Source: Paraspadella gotoi (lineage: Eukaryota; Animalia; Chaetognatha). From it: 64,000 nt of DNA. The position numbers and the translations under genes were made by a program. Below are positions 1 through 24,865 of this stretch, one piece after another; position 1 is the stretch's first letter; every line of letters starts with the position of its first letter. Under the pieces are notes generated by a model that made no database searches, was not told the DNA's origin, and worked only from the letters and a program-made list of their open reading frames with translations. The stretch is taken from contig CM119270.1 of NCBI GenBank assembly GCA_051294375.1, positions 13,443,861-13,507,860 on the forward strand, read 5' to 3'.

Positions 1-217
1 TAACAGGTCACTTTACCATTTATTTATTTGACGAGAATTCTGTTTTCAACCTGTTACCGGCCTATTTATGCAGCCTTAGAAAACATACTTTTAATGACTA
101 TACATGTATTTTATGCTTCCTTTGAATCAAAAAAATGAAACATCGTCTTTTTCTGAGATTACTCAAAATATGATCCAACCGCGCCTACCCTTACTTACCC
201 ACTCAACCCTCCACCCA

Positions 218-254
<37 letters not shown>

Positions 255-309
255 TCCGCTGCCACCCCCCCAAACCACAGACCCACTCCTCATTCTCATT
301 CACGTGACG

Positions 310-750
310 TAGAAACTCGACGCGATGACGTATTTCAGCATTGAAGAAGGACATCAGCGGGTAGAAAATAAAGGGGAGGGGGGGGGGGCAAGGTGGGAGG
401 ACCCCATATGGTCCAAGTCCAAGCCCAACGACTCTCATCCAGCGACCCGAAACCAGGCCGCAGGAATAAAACGAAGGGATGAGACGTCACGAAGTCGAGG
501 GAGAAGAAACAGCGCAGCGAATAAAAGAAGGCGGAACCGAAGACTCATGTGTAGCCGTCGTGCAGGAAGAGAGGAAGCAGCTGAAAATAGAGGCTCTGTC
601 GACCGGCTCCACAGCAGCGTGTCTGGTCGTAGATCAGCGGACGGCAACGTCGTACGACAAGTTAAGACGGTCGTGTGGCAGGTGATAAGTCGTTTCGAAG
701 CGATTAATGTAGCCGGTTACGCCCATTACGCGTCGTGAAGGAGTCGCGTT
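310..750 (+). other. Error-rich remnant of upstream CTTNBP2 (CortBP2 N-terminal coiled-coil) exon(s)
   Basis: gaaactcgacgcgatgacgtatttcagcattgaag reads like ELDARDVIxSALK with indels, and later fragments (DPI..., QVKTVV) fall in the expected order. No clean frame or splice sites, so probably low-quality sequence. Confidence 0.35.
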
Positions 751-875
751 GACATCTCTCTCTTTTTCTTTTTATCGTTCATTGTCCTACTAACTTTTTC
801 CCCCACTAACCCACGTATAATCTTCCTAGTCTCGAAAACCCGTGAACCATAATTCACACTTAATTCTTCTCACAG

Positions 876-1095
876 TTGCTCGTTGAGCTTGAAGAAGAAA
901 AACAGAAGCACGCTCAGGACCAGGCGCAGGTAAATAAGCGTCGACGTCAAGTGTAAAATATTAATCTTTTTGAATTTACATCCCGTTGAGAAACATTAAA
1001 TATTAATGGTTTTAATTTAACTTGTGACAAAGGCAAATAATCGAGGAGCGCGGCGGTATGAAAACTGAATGTTTTCTGAGTGAGAGAGAGAAGAG

Positions 1096-1167
<72 letters not shown>

Positions 1168-4100
1168 CTCGAGTAATAATCTCTGGAATTGAAGATAAAT
1201 TTTGTCGGAAAGAGAGAGAGAGAGAAAGAGTAAGAGAGTCGAGTAAATAATCTCTGGAATTGATGATAAACTTTGTCGGAATAATTTCGCTCGCTTTTTC
1301 ATTTCGTTTATCTTTGTTTAAAACCTCCCCCCCTATCCCGACCTCACCTCACCCAAAAAGGGCGACGACGTGACTTACCTCCTGGAAAAGGAGCGGGAAC
1401 GCCTCCGCGGCGACGTGGAGCAAGAAAAGGGAAACGCGAAGAAGATGGAGAAGGAATTCAGGAGAACCTCGGCCGCCCTCGACGAGGAGAGGGAGAGACA
1501 CAAGCAGATCGTCGTCATGCTCGTCAAGGAGAGGAAGAGGATCATCACGAGGCTGATACAGGTCGGGTGGGGGAGGTGAAGGGGGGGGGAAAGATGGTCC
1601 GACTGGAGGGATTGGGACGGATGTACACCGAGAGACAGATGGAGACTTATACATATTTAAAGGAAAAATAAATTCAGATGTCGAGGAGAAAAAAGATATT
1701 TAATCAGATAAACAAACTGACAAGATTCAAAGTGAAAAAACATATCGGTGAGAAATAAAGGCATGAACGTACGGAAAGAACAACAAATTGATCGATGCTT
1801 ATTTACGATATAATACAGATAGTCTAAGTCTAATAAATTAGTCAAAATACTGCAGTCTGATCATGATACAGCCGGTTCAATCAGGGACTACAAGGGGAGT
1901 CATTTTTGACTGATACACAAAACTGAAATACTGTCACAAAGACATACCGACAGACGTAACTATCCTCAACCCATCGTCAGCGCCATCTTCAAGCGATTTT
2001 TAACACATCTTAAACCCAATCCTGAACCCAGGAGCGCCATCGCGTTGAAGAGCTCGAGGCCCAATTGAACAACGAGAAGGGTCGCGTGAAGAACATGGCG
2101 GAAGGGCTCGTCCAGGAGAGCAAGAAGTCGCTCAAGATGGAGGCCGTGCTGGAGCGACAGCTCGAGGAAATCCAGGCCGAGCGAGAGGCCTTCAAGAAGC
2201 AGCTCCATGTGAGCAACTTTGGTTGTTGTTGTTGTTGTCTCGGGTTTTCGTGATTTTTTTTGCGTTTTTCTGAAGATTTTTTATTCGGTTTTGTTGTGGT
2301 TAAAGATGTTCTGTTTTGTTGATAGCGACTGGCGGTAGTTTAAAATCCATTGGTTCATTTCAAGCGATGATTTGTGGTTTGTTTCGTTTGAATTTTATTT
2401 CCGCTTCTTATGTTCTTGTTTTTTGATATTTTTTACAATTTTTTATTTAAAAAAAAGAAAATTTACACGCTTATCTTTTGTCACTTTTCATTTGTATTTG
2501 TCAGATACATTTTATGCAGCATCTTTATTTTGTTCTCCATTTTTTTAATCCCCGATAAAAGTTTCTGTTTTCGAAGACTTAAGTTGCGGAAAAAAAAAGA
2601 AAATTAACGCAGCTGTTATCTTTTCCCCGTAGATGTCACCGTCGTCGTCGTTGTCGTNNNNNNNNNNNNNATCGTCATATTCGATTTCCCTTTTATAATT
2701 CCCTCTGATCTTTTGTTTGTTTTTCTCTAACTCAGATCGAAAAGGAAAACGGGAAACGAATGGAAGAGACGATGAAATCTCTTCAGCAAAGAAACGAAGT
2801 TTTGGAGAATCACATGCGAATGTCGGACGCGGAGAAGGAGGAGCTGCAGAGAAGGTTCGGCGAGTTGCAACGAGCTCACCTCTCTCTTCAGCAGCAAATC
2901 AACTCAACGCCGGTGAGGGTTGGCGTCGTCGCCGTCGTCGTCGCCGTCGTCGTCGTCGTCTTTGTTATAATCGTTTATGTCGTTGTCGTTATGTCATCGT
3001 CTTCGTGTATTTCGTTTGGCATCATGTCAAAACTTAAATGTTACTTCTGGCCATCTTTAAAATAGCAAGCTTTTTATCTACATTCCGAATTTCGTTTTAT
3101 TTATTTTTTATTAAGTCCATTCTGATTAATTTACAACGGTACATGCAACTAGCTGTGCAACCAGAAAATTTCCCTAAACCAACTTCCCTTTCCCTACCCC
3201 AGATTCAAATTGACGGCGCTCCCGAACCAGTCACTGGTCTTCCTCAGCCCAGTCCCACCCCATCCGGCGCTACCACGCCCAACTGCCCGCCCGGGGCTTC
3301 CTCACTTCCCCTCAACACCCCTTTCCCGCCAAACGCCCCGCCGGGCACGTCACCTCTGCCCCTCACCTCACCTCTCTACGTGAATCCTCTTCGGACGCCG
3401 AAGATTCGTCCGTCGCCGGTTTCGCCCAACAACCCGTCGGCTGCAGCGTCTGCCGCGGGTGCGGCGTCGCCTCACGGCCCGTTTTCTCCCTCGTCGTCGC
3501 CGTCGTCGTCGCCGGCGTCGCCGCGTTCTCCCGGATCGGCGCCGTCCAACGTCTCGGCGTCGGCGTCGCCGGAAACGCCGAAACCTTCGGCGGATTATCC
3601 GTCGCCGGACACGCGAACTTTGCGCGAGATCCGGGAAGGTAGCCCGATGCCTTTCGGGGGCAAGGGCTCTTCCTCTTCCTCCTCTTCCTCTTCACCCAGT
3701 CGCTCCTTGCAAATTTCCAAGAGCTTCGGATCTGGGTCTCCGTTGCTGCAGACGGCGCAGGCCAACGCCGCCGCCGCCGCCGCGGCGCTCGGCGTCTACA
3801 CGCCGCCTCACCCGTCGATCCTACCCGATCTCGCCGCCTCGTCCGCCCCTTACTCGCCGCCAGTGCCTCAACCTTCCGCCGCTGCCGTCGCCGCCGCTTC
3901 CGCCTCGCCTTCCCCGCCGCCGCCGCAACGCATCTACGTGGCCAACCCCGCGGGCACCAAGGTGTTCACGACTCCATCGGGGGGAAAGCTGACATTTCAC
4001 GTCTCCCCAACCGGCGCAACCATCTCCAACGCGACCCCCGACCCAACGGGCTCGGTCGTTTCGGCCGCGGGCGCCCGGGGCCCGATCCAACCGGGCTCGT

Positions 4101-7100
4101 CGGCGGGCGGCCGTGGCGTCAGAGGCTCGGCCTACTCGAATACTCAGTCAGCGCCGGGCGGCGTCGGCGGCGTCGCTGGAACTCCCCCGCCGCGCGGCAC
4201 TCCTCCTCCCATCCCGCCCAACAAACCGGCGTTCTCTCCGGCGCCGACTCAACCGGCGTCGTCCGGGCGGAAGTTGCCCGACCAGGCGCCCGTCGTGCCG
4301 AACAGAACGATCTTTCCTGCGGGCGGGCCGTCGACGAACAACTCGGGCGTGGCGATGAACAACTCTGCTTCCAACAGATCGTCCACGGGCCTCCATCATC
4401 ATCATCACCATCATCACTCGTCGTCAAGCGGCGCCGGCGGCATCCCCAACTCGCTCCTCCACTCGCCCTCCGAAAACCCGGCCTTCGAGACCGCCCCCAA
4501 CGCCGTCTTGCTGGGTCAGCCCCGTCCGGGTCAGCCCGTCCGATTCGGCATCGTCGTCAACAAGGACAAGATGGCGGAGGAGGCGTTCCGCGGAGGAGGA
4601 GGAGGAGGAGGAGGCGCTTCTTCGCCCACGAGTCCCTACGCGCTCGGCATTTCCGCCTCCTCCACTTTCGCCAACGCCTCCGCGCAGGACACCATGCGGA
4701 AGGTGGCGCCGCAGGTGGGCGTGGTGGTAGGGAGAGGGGGGGTTGGTAAGGGGCGGAGGGGGATTGGGGGTGGGAGGTGGGGGAGATATCGGGATGCTTA
4801 AAGAAAGATTGTTGAAAACCCTGTCGGGTTTAAAATTGATTTTAATCAATTGGCAACCGAAACTTTTAAATAAATGTTAAGCAAACATAATTAAATATAA
4901 AGTTGATTTTTAAATTAACTTTTCACGCCATCTCGGACACGTTTTGTCTTCGATATAAAAGTTTGATGTCCGGTTGTATTTTTGTAGAGATTCAAGAGAT
5001 ATCAGAGATAACTCATTGACGGTAATCGATATTAAACCAAGGCCATAATACAAAATTGGCGGCTCCGTAATTTCAGGCGGTTTTTATTTATCAGCATGCC
5101 TTCACTAATGTCGACTTTTTTTTTCCTTTTCCTTTTTTTTTTTCCTTTTCCCCCCTTTTATCTTTCTCCGATTCTTTCCTTTTTTTCCTTTACCGCAGCG
5201 GGAAAGCGCAGAAAGAAGCCCCGAAATTATGGGGACGGATTTCTAAACAACTCGGCTCATTTTTTTTTCTCCCCTTCTCCTCTTTTTGACAACCTGGTCG
5301 CTCTCTAATCGATGGCTCAAAAAAAAAAAACCAAACAAACAAACAAACAAACAAATAATAACCTTAATCGCGCTATTTCGTTGAATCAGCGGACGAAATA
5401 GTTGGATCCACACCATCGCTGGTAGTTCTTTCTTGACACCCTCAGTGATTTGTGTTTGTTTTTTTCCTTCAGTTTGAAGTGCAGTTAATACAAAAATAAA
5501 TCGTCAAAAATTATTTTTTTAAAAAAATATCAACATTTACTACATTGTTTGGCTTTACACTATTTTTTTATTTCAATATTTTTTCATGTTTCAACTTTCT
5601 TTTCATATCTGTCCATTATGTCGTCCTCTCTTAAATATATTTAAATTAACATTGATATCAACAAATTCAGCCTTAATTGTAAAGTTAATGTTGCTGCTTG
5701 CTACTGTAATTATTATACGATAGCATTTCCGCAACTTAGCATGTCAAACTTTAATAATAACGCTATTTACGTCTTTGTTGTTTTTAATCAAAATATATTT
5801 TTAGTGTTTTGCTTAAAAGTTTGACCGTAAAATTATTTTTTTTATAATTATATCAGCATTTTATCATCTGATACAATTTTTTTCTAAAGAAATTTAAAAA
5901 AAAAATTAGAATCGAATTATTTTTAATTTTCTTCAAAATTAATCAATTATTTAACAATAATGATTTGTCCAAATTTCTCAAAAATCTGTTGAAATTAAAA
6001 AAAAAAGCCAAACATTATTAAAAACTAGCATGAAGGACCTCGCTTCAATAAATCCTCTGCACCAAAACTGATTTTTAAAACTGATTTCAAAAGCTTTTTT
6101 CCTGTCTAATGATTGAACACTTGGATACTTATTAGTAAGATAAAAACTGTTCGTCTTCAAGTACTTATAAAACAATTGGTGCAAAGTGTGAATACATTTT
6201 TTTTTAGGCGAAAAGCGTCCGTTTTATTTTTTAAAGAAATCTCATTATTTGCACCAATTTATACATAATTTAATACGACGCTTAATTCAATCATTTTCAT
6301 TTAATCAGATTCACCACCACCAAAACGACAAGAGCGACCCCAACGTTGATTCCGAAAAGCGTGGCGATTATTTACTATCATCTACTAGTCCCGATTTGAT
6401 ATTAGACAATCATCAACTAGCTTCATTAGAATTTACTGAGAACCAGCATATTTATCCTCGCAACGACGCGTCGGAAGCGTCGTCTCTCTCGCCGCAATCC
6501 ATCGCGAACGAAGGCGAAGATTCGTCCAGTTCGTCCCTCGTCGATCCAGTCATTCCGCCGCAATTCGAAGACATTTGGTCCTCCATGACGACGTCAACAG
6601 GTTGCCATAGAAACCGACACTGTGTCTCGGCCAAAGGGTGTCATCGATTCACTCCGGTGCTTTTTTTTTCGTTCCAGAAGGCGAAACGGACAACCAATCA
6701 ACCGGAGTGGGACTGCAGTTGGCGCCGTCCGTTCTCTTCCACAAGATTCCTCGATCGTTGCATTGCGCCGACGTGTCTCCGTTGCATCAAGCGGCCGCTT
6801 TTGGAGACGTTTCTGGCATCGAGTTTTTCATACAGAAACATTTTTCTTCTTTTCAACTTTTGTTGAACCAGCAAACTGGCGACGGGTCGACCGCGCTACA
6901 TTTTGCGGCAGAAAACGGACATTCTGGTAATTGAGTGTCGACTGTTGAGCATAAGTTTGTATTTATTTTAGTGAGGTTCGATTTTGATATTAATAGTTAA
7001 CCGTAACGGGAATCTTACTTTTGGTAGATTTTAAAATTAACTTGACGAAATACTTGTGTTTTTAATGTTTAATATTTAATGTTTAATGTTACTGTGTTGA

Positions 7101-10100
7101 AGTAACAACCACTAACTCCAAATTCAGTTAGACATTGTTTGACTACATTGACTAAATTTCCCAACACCAGATTGCTTAAAGACGCTGATCTCCAACGGGG
7201 CCGACTTCCGTCTGACCGATGCCAACGGCCAAACCGCCCTCCACGCTGCCGTGCAAGAAGGTCACGTCGATTGCGCGCGGGCAGTTCTGGAGGGCGTTGC
7301 TGCCGCTTCCGCCGCCAACGCTGATCCGAGACTAGCGGCGTCTTTCGTCGCCGCCAAAGATACTTACGGTCAGACGGCGCTGCATTTAGCCGCCTCCGAA
7401 GGTAAGCAAAGGGTCGGGTTTAATCCGAGATGGAGTGATTAGAGTTATTCGCAAGTAGTAATTTTTAAAAAAATAACTTTTAAATAGTTAATAAACTTGT
7501 TAATAAATATTAAACTTTGTTTCCAACATTTTACCCTCAGGTCAACCGGAAATCGCTAGGGCGTTGATGGAATTCGGCGCGGATCGAGGCGCCATAACTC
7601 TTTCCGGCAGAACTCCTTTGCACTGCGCAGTTTTGGGTGGAAACTTTGACGCCATGATCGCCTTACTTACCTACGATTCGACGGGTAAGTTAAGCGACGT
7701 ATTTTAAGCCTTTTCTCCCCTTTATTATGAATATAGTAAGTAAATAGATTTAAAATTTATACAAAACATATTGGTAGACAGACGCAGATGAAGCCTCTAA
7801 ATTCAACGGGTCGAAACATCTTTTTTAAAATCTTTGTTGTTAACACGAAAACTTTCGTTTCTCTCTTAAATAAAATATATTTAACTTCATATATAAAACA
7901 TTTACTTTTGCAATTTTTATAAATGTTTTCGGGCAAGGAGAAAATGAGAAAGCAAAATGATATCGCAACATCCTTTTCCTTTCCCTTTCCCTACAGAGAA
8001 AAAAGCCGAGTCTCCCGACCGCGTCCCAGCGGCCATCTCCTGCGACGACCAAGTCCTCGGTCAAGTCGACAAAGACGGTTGGACCTTTTATCACAACGCT
8101 GCCGCGCAGGAGACGCGAACCTTTCTCGACTTCATCGTTCAACACTGCGCTGTGGATTTTCAGTCGCGGAGCAAGGAGCCCAGCGGTCCGACGGTCTACG
8201 AAGTCGCTTCCAGCAGTTGCAGGGAACTCATCGATGGCATTGGTGAGTAGAATCATGGTGATTGCTTGGTTTGGAAGGTTGGGATTGGTTGGTTTCCTTG
8301 GATCTTTTGTTGGATGGATAGTTGGGCTTGTTGGGATGACGGTCGTTCGATTGATTGGCCGGTTGGTTAATCGATTGGCAGTTTGGATTTGACGATATAA
8401 AAAGACTTCAAATTTCATCGACTGTATTTATTTCTGTTTCTCTTTTTGCTGTTTTTAGGAGGAAAGTATTGTGGGAAAATCGTGCAGCTCATCGTAGTTA
8501 CGGAAAGGTTTCGAAACGAACGTGGGAAGACTCACGTTATTTCCCGATTTCAGTTGGACAAGGTTTTTGAAATTGGTTCGTTTACATAACCATTTGAGGT
8601 AATTCGAAATTTATGATCCATCGCTCGACTATTAGTTTTTCTGGCAATAAAATTCTTTCATTCGTTTTTAGGTTTATTTGCGAAGATAGTGTTCCGGGCA
8701 TTGAGATTAATTCGAGGGAGGCAATTAAGTGTTTAGTGATCGGATCCTTAAAATGGCTTCCGGGTAAGCTTTTTTTTTTACTAAAGAATTGCTAAAAAAC
8801 GACGTGTACTTACGATTTTTTGTTTGTTTCAGGCTCTCACTGCATACAAACGCCATATCAATTACTTTTGTCCCAAAATTCATCAAAAATACTTCTGAAT
8901 CTGAATAGTTTTTCCGATGGCTCGTTCGATGAAGAAGCCTACTTTTCTCTTTTGTCATCAAGTTGTTTAAGAAATTATTATCGTTTGGTAAGTCTTTTTA
9001 AATTTGTAAATCACATAAAATCGTTACCAATCAATAAATATATCCTCTTTTTTTTTTTCAACAGCTAAGTCAATATAAAAGTGCCATATTTTGCGGTCCA
9101 CCCAAGAGCGGAAAATCTTTCATTGCAACCAAACTCGCAATTTTGTTGCAACGGCAGCATCGACGAGATCGTTTGCATTCGGAAATTACTCAACTCGCTT
9201 TCACTTCGTCAACTTCCAAACCTCACTTCGTAAAACTGCTTATCTCCAAAGGCGCTCTGTCCACCAACGCAAAAATCGAAAATGATCATAGGTACGAGAA
9301 AATTGCCGATTGCTCAAAATATAAAAAAACATGATCGTATGAGTCATCACGACTCTTTTCCCGATCAGGATTCCTATCATTATTCTCGATTCGTTGACGA
9401 AAAATACTATAAATTTATACTTGGGAGAAATATTTCATTACCTCGAAAGGCGAGGACCAGCAAACGTCTTTAAAATCTCGTTCGAAACGGTAGGTTTTAT
9501 ATTGCCTTGTTTCAAATACCTATATAATTAATTTTTTTTTAATAATTCTATTTTTATAAATGTCAGAGTGAACCTCCGCTCTTGGTGTATATACCATCGT
9601 CAGTTTACTTCATTGGCACGATGACTGAAGAGGCTGGATCTTCAGGATTACCGCTTAGTCTTCAGCAACAACTTCGCTGGATACAGTTGAAAAACAACAG
9701 CTTACCGCTTAGCAATCAGCTGAAGCTGTACCTTAGAAAAACCATGTCGAATCAAGTGAGTTAAATTATGTTTTAGAATTTTAATTCCTACCATTATAAT
9801 AGGTCTCCATAGTACATACTAAATATCTGTTATAGATAATGATTTTCTAAAATTAGTATTTTTTTTACTGGCATCGGGAATTTATGAGTAAATAATGTAT
9901 TTTTGTTTATTTTTTTTATTCAAGGTGTTTTCCCTCAACGGATCGGCTCTGTTGGACTCGGCCGCGCAGAAGGAACGCGACTCGAGCGACGACCAACTGG
10001 GCGTGCCCGTGTTCGGCAACGCTCACAAATACTTCGTCGTCGTCCTGAGTTGGATCGAGGGAGTTTGGGTCAGGCTGAGCGAATGCCTCGTTAAGATCGG

Positions 10101-10177
10101 ACTCCCCGAACTCGTCACGGGGCCTTGCCCTTTTTTCCAGTGTCCCGTCGACGCCTCTAAGCCTCTTCGAACTCTTC

Positions 10178-10244
<67 letters not shown>

Positions 10245-11246
10245 CTCGAGTAAATAATCTCTGAAATCTATGATAAACTTTTTTAATTTCACCCCCTCAG
10301 TTGGATGTCCCGATACTGGAACAAACACGTGGCGCCGCAGGTCGAGCGTTCGATCCTCCACCAGACCCAAGGAATGACGGACGCCGGTCTGCAGCGAAAG
10401 ATCGCCCACACTGCGCTGTTTGTTCTGCTGCAGCGGACCGTCGCCGCTGGCTGCCCGTTGAGTGGGGAGGATAAGGCTGCCTTTCTCTCGCTCTTCAAGG
10501 GCTCGTCGCCTGAGGGCCTCCTGACCTCCTCCTCTTCCTCTTCCTCCTCCTTCTCTGCGCGACCTCAGCTTCCTGTCGAGCGAGAAACGGAGGAGGGGGC
10601 GGCGCCAGAAGGACGAGAGATTCCAGCGTCACCGGCGTGGGAGGAAGCGGCGCCGGCTTCGGAAGAGGCGGCTGGGAGACCATCGAGGTTAAACCTTTCT
10701 GTCGCAACGGAAGTCGGAGTTAAGATCGGTGATGCTGTCGAACATTCGACGTCGTCTTTATTAAAGTCTCCGTCGTCGTCGCTGTCGTCGCCGTCGGACG
10801 TCGCGAAAAAGAGCGCCGCGGAATCCGGCGTCGGACGTAGAGCGGCGCCGCCGCGTCGAATAGTGGCGGCGTCGCTGGGTCGGGCGACGAAAGGTGAGAA
10901 ACCGGCTCCAGGAGCGCCTGGCAACACCGCGCCGCGAGTGATGATGAAGGGAAAAACCGGCGCCGTGGCCGGCGCCCCCGGTAATGTTCCTTCTGCCAAC
11001 GGCGCGAGAAACATCGCGGCGAGGTCGAGCTTTCGAGGACCGGCGGCGTCTTCTTTGTCGCCGGGCGGAGTGAAAACGGCGTCGTCGGCTTTCGGCGTCG
11101 TAAAACCGGCGTCGTCATTGACGCATCTCAGAATGGCGTCGCCAGCGAATCTTGGTCGCATTAATGCGACGTCGTCTCTGCCGACGAAATCGTCGTCGTC
11201 ATCGTCAGCGTCGTCGGTCAAAAGTAGATTTACTAAGAAAGTCTAA
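876..11246 (+). CDS. CTTNBP2: Cortactin-binding protein 2 orthologue (coiled coil, Pro-rich region, ankyrin repeats, C-terminal NAV-like AAA+ domain); 5' end incomplete
   Basis: GT-AG exons read manually: 876-929, 1361-1561, 2032-2208, 2736-2912, 3203-4714, 6309-6600, 6678-6926, 7171-7401, 7541-7684, 7997-8242, 8459-8598 (1-nt indel near 8500), 8672-8763, 8833-8987, 9065-9291, 9369-9489, 9567-9755, 9925-10178, 10301-11246. Motifs: LEEEKQKHAQDQAQGDDVTYLLEKERERL, PPPIPPNKP (SH3 ligand), ankyrin TALHFAA/TALHAAV/TPLHCAV, NYYRL..GPPKSGKS, YFIGTM, LQQQLRWIQL, GPCPFFQCP, WMSRYWNKHVAP. Confidence 0.88.
1168..1281 (+). repeat. Two tandem copies of a ~43-nt unit, each following a (GA)n tract; third copy at 10245-10281
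   Basis: tcgagtaa(a)taatctctggaattga(a/t)gataaa(t/c)tttgtcggaa at 1168-1210 and 1239-1281; ctcgagtaaataatctctgaaatctatgataaacttt at 10245-10281. Confidence 0.7.
2658..2670. other. Assembly gap (13 N)
   Basis: Run of N in a CTTNBP2 intron. Confidence 0.99.
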
Positions 11247-13011
11247 GCGACGATTTTATTAATCGGGTTTTGTGGTTGAGACCCAAAAAAGTCCCAAAAA
11301 TGTCCTGTTTTTTGACGCTTTTGCTTCGTTATGCGGTCGGACGAATCTCGCGAGGGATCAAAAACCAACGAAAATACCATTTTTAGAAATTCCAAAGTTA
11401 CCGCGAAAAAGAAATATATATATTTTTTACTGTCTCAGTAGATTCTATCATCATCGCTTAATATAATAAGCTATAGTTGTTAGGACCATGGGAAAATATT
11501 TTTTTTTAAAGATACTAACCATTTATTGCATCTTAGTATAAATTAAGTTACATCGCTTTTATACCAAAGCATAATTATTTTTTAATAAACTTATGTTAAA
11601 TTTTAGATATTCACAATTATTGAATGCCTCATCTTGCCGCGAGAAAAGATTTATATTCCGATGATATAAATACATTAAAAACAGAAAAAAATAACTGAGC
11701 AATTTAAACTGCTGAAATTTAAAACAATACACGCTATAAAGTAAAAATATAGAACGACTCACGGATTTATTCACGGTAATAAAGTTTCATGGGAGAAGTG
11801 CTTTTGGTAGAAAACGATAAACCGCATATACAGTAAAATAATATTCTTTTCATTTATTAATTTATTTGTTTTATTGTGATGTTAAAAAAAATTGGACTGC
11901 CCCATTCATCCAATTAATTCTACGTTGTACCTTTCGTTATAGATATTTGTCTTCCTTGATCAAACTAAATAATAAAAATACAGTTTATGTATTTTTGTTA
12001 ATTCATGCGGTATATCAGGGTTTCACCTTTTTTTTCTTTTTTTTTTAAACTGAAAGAAAAAACTTTTTGTCTAAATATGATAGAAACACTTTTGATATAA
12101 ATTCAACAATTGTTAGCAAATCCCATTTTTAAAACCATCATTTTTTAACTTGTTTAGATTCAACCAGTGTATAATAGTTTGTGTAACAATATAAAAGGCT
12201 GCTTATTTTTTGGACAAATTTTCTCCGAATTTTCGATTTGAGTCCACAATTTGTGCTCCTCAGTAAAATTGCGTGAGTTCCATCGCCATCGTTAACAATT
12301 CGTTGATAATTCGTTATTATTACCATTAAAGGTCGAAAGCGCGTTTAATGGACTTCCCCGGACCAACAGTCTCTTGAATATTTTTGGTATCGTGCTTTTG
12401 ACTAAACAATAACTACATCTGGAAGTTGTGAATGTAACACCTACAAAAAATAGATATATTAGCGAAATGTTTTTCGCTGAACTTCCCGATTTTTTTTTTT
12501 TTTTTTTTAAGATTCTGCTGTGACAAATTGGTCAACGTTATTATTAATTGCGAGCAATATTACTATAACTCACATCCTCTGTCTTTTGCCATGAAACTGT
12601 TATATTCAAACTTGTTCTCTTGTAATGACCATTGCGACTTTTGAGTGCAATTTTCTTTTGCTTTTTGGTTGTGAAAACTTAGTAAAATTCTGCCTCTGTT
12701 GAACTAGTAAATTTTTTTTTAAGCTTCGCGATTTTAAATAAAAAAGGGGAAAAAAAGTAAGGAAAGATAATCTGTCGTTGTTGTTCAACTATACATTGAA
12801 CTTTCTGAACTTTCTAATTACAACACGAAACATTTTAGCCCAGAATAAGTGAAGAGAATTTGCAAGCCAACAAATATTTCTTTTATTCTATAAAGTAAAA
12901 CGTTAGACATCAAAATAACAAAAATTACTTGAACTAAAAGAGGAGTGTTCATGATTCCATGAGTTTGTGCTCGTGCGTTTGATGGCGTCAATTGAGAAAC
13001 CAGCGCCTTCT

Positions 13012-23732
<10,721 letters not shown>

Positions 23733-24231
23733 TAGACGAGCGGTGACCGCCTGAGGGGTAATTTAGACGAGCAGTCAAGTTAAGAGGGTTTATCTGAGGG
23801 GTTAAGACCGGGTAGGTGGGTTGCCTGGGAGGATGCGGTCGAGGAACGCAGCTGGAAAAGAAGGCAAGGCTTCCGAGCAATTAAAGAGTAATGAAAGAAA
23901 CTCGGGGGGGGGGGAGCGTGGGGAGAATGCAGATGGAAACGAATCAAGTCTCTTTCTGATTATATCAATTACTCGATTGGAATAAACCACTTCAGTAATG
24001 AGTCAATTATGACAATTGCAATCTGAATGTGATTCCTCTCACTGGTTTCTTTCTCATCTGGCACGTACAGATCGACAATTTTCTTGATTGAATTTCGTTT
24101 GGAGGACAATATATAAGAAATATTTATGAAATAAGATGGTTAGAAATCGCAATGGCTATTGGACTAGTTCCGTCAAATATATAACTTTTAACTTTCCTCT
24201 ATTTGACTTTAGTAAAATTTAGCAGAAGAAA

Positions 24232-24865
24232 TATGGCCATTAAGGCGTAGTAAAATTTTTAAATTTAACTTTAATTAAAATTCTAAAAGTGAGGAACGAA
24301 CAACATTATACTATTACTAATGAACATTTATGTAATAAAAAAATTTCTAATTTACAATTTATGCAGTAGGCCATATTTATACTAGTACTAAACCAATAAA
24401 TGTTAAAATTTCAAAACAGTTTTTTCTAAGATTTTTTTACAGATTTGGATTCGTCATAAAAAGTTGATAAAAAGAAATATAACTCTTTTTGAAAAATTCC
24501 TTCATTAAGTGGGTCAAAAATGAGAAAAAGTTATATTTTAAGCTGAAAATTAACTTTTTATATATTAAATATAGTTTTTTAAATTTTTAACCCACTTAAT
24601 GAAAGAATTTTTAAAAATGATTTATATTTTCTTTTATCAACTTTTGACGATGAATTCAAATCTGCAATCAAAATTTAAAATAAAAGCCTATTTTAAAATT
24701 TTTTGATTTTATAAGGATAGTACTATATATAAATATAGCCTATAGCAAAAATTAAAAAAAATAAAATTAATTTTTTTTACAAATTAATGTTCACTGATGG
24801 TATGTTGCTCATAATTGACTTTTAGAATTTTCGTATGTAACTTTCACTACGCCTTAATAGCCATA
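24232..24865. mobile_element. Palindromic MITE (~630 bp)
   Basis: Termini tatggccattaaggcgtagtaaaa / tttcactacgccttaatagccata, with internal imperfect self-complementarity. TSD is either TA or TTAA. A diverged relative lies at ~41150-41450. Confidence 0.7.

Noticed and set aside
3363-4849. Overlapping alternative-frame and antisense ORFs (also 10495-11221)
   Set aside because: Expected shadows of GC-rich, low-complexity exons.
8495-8510. Frame change in a CTTNBP2 exon, considered as programmed frameshifting
   Set aside because: No convincing slippery site or structure; similar indel errors occur throughout this assembly.
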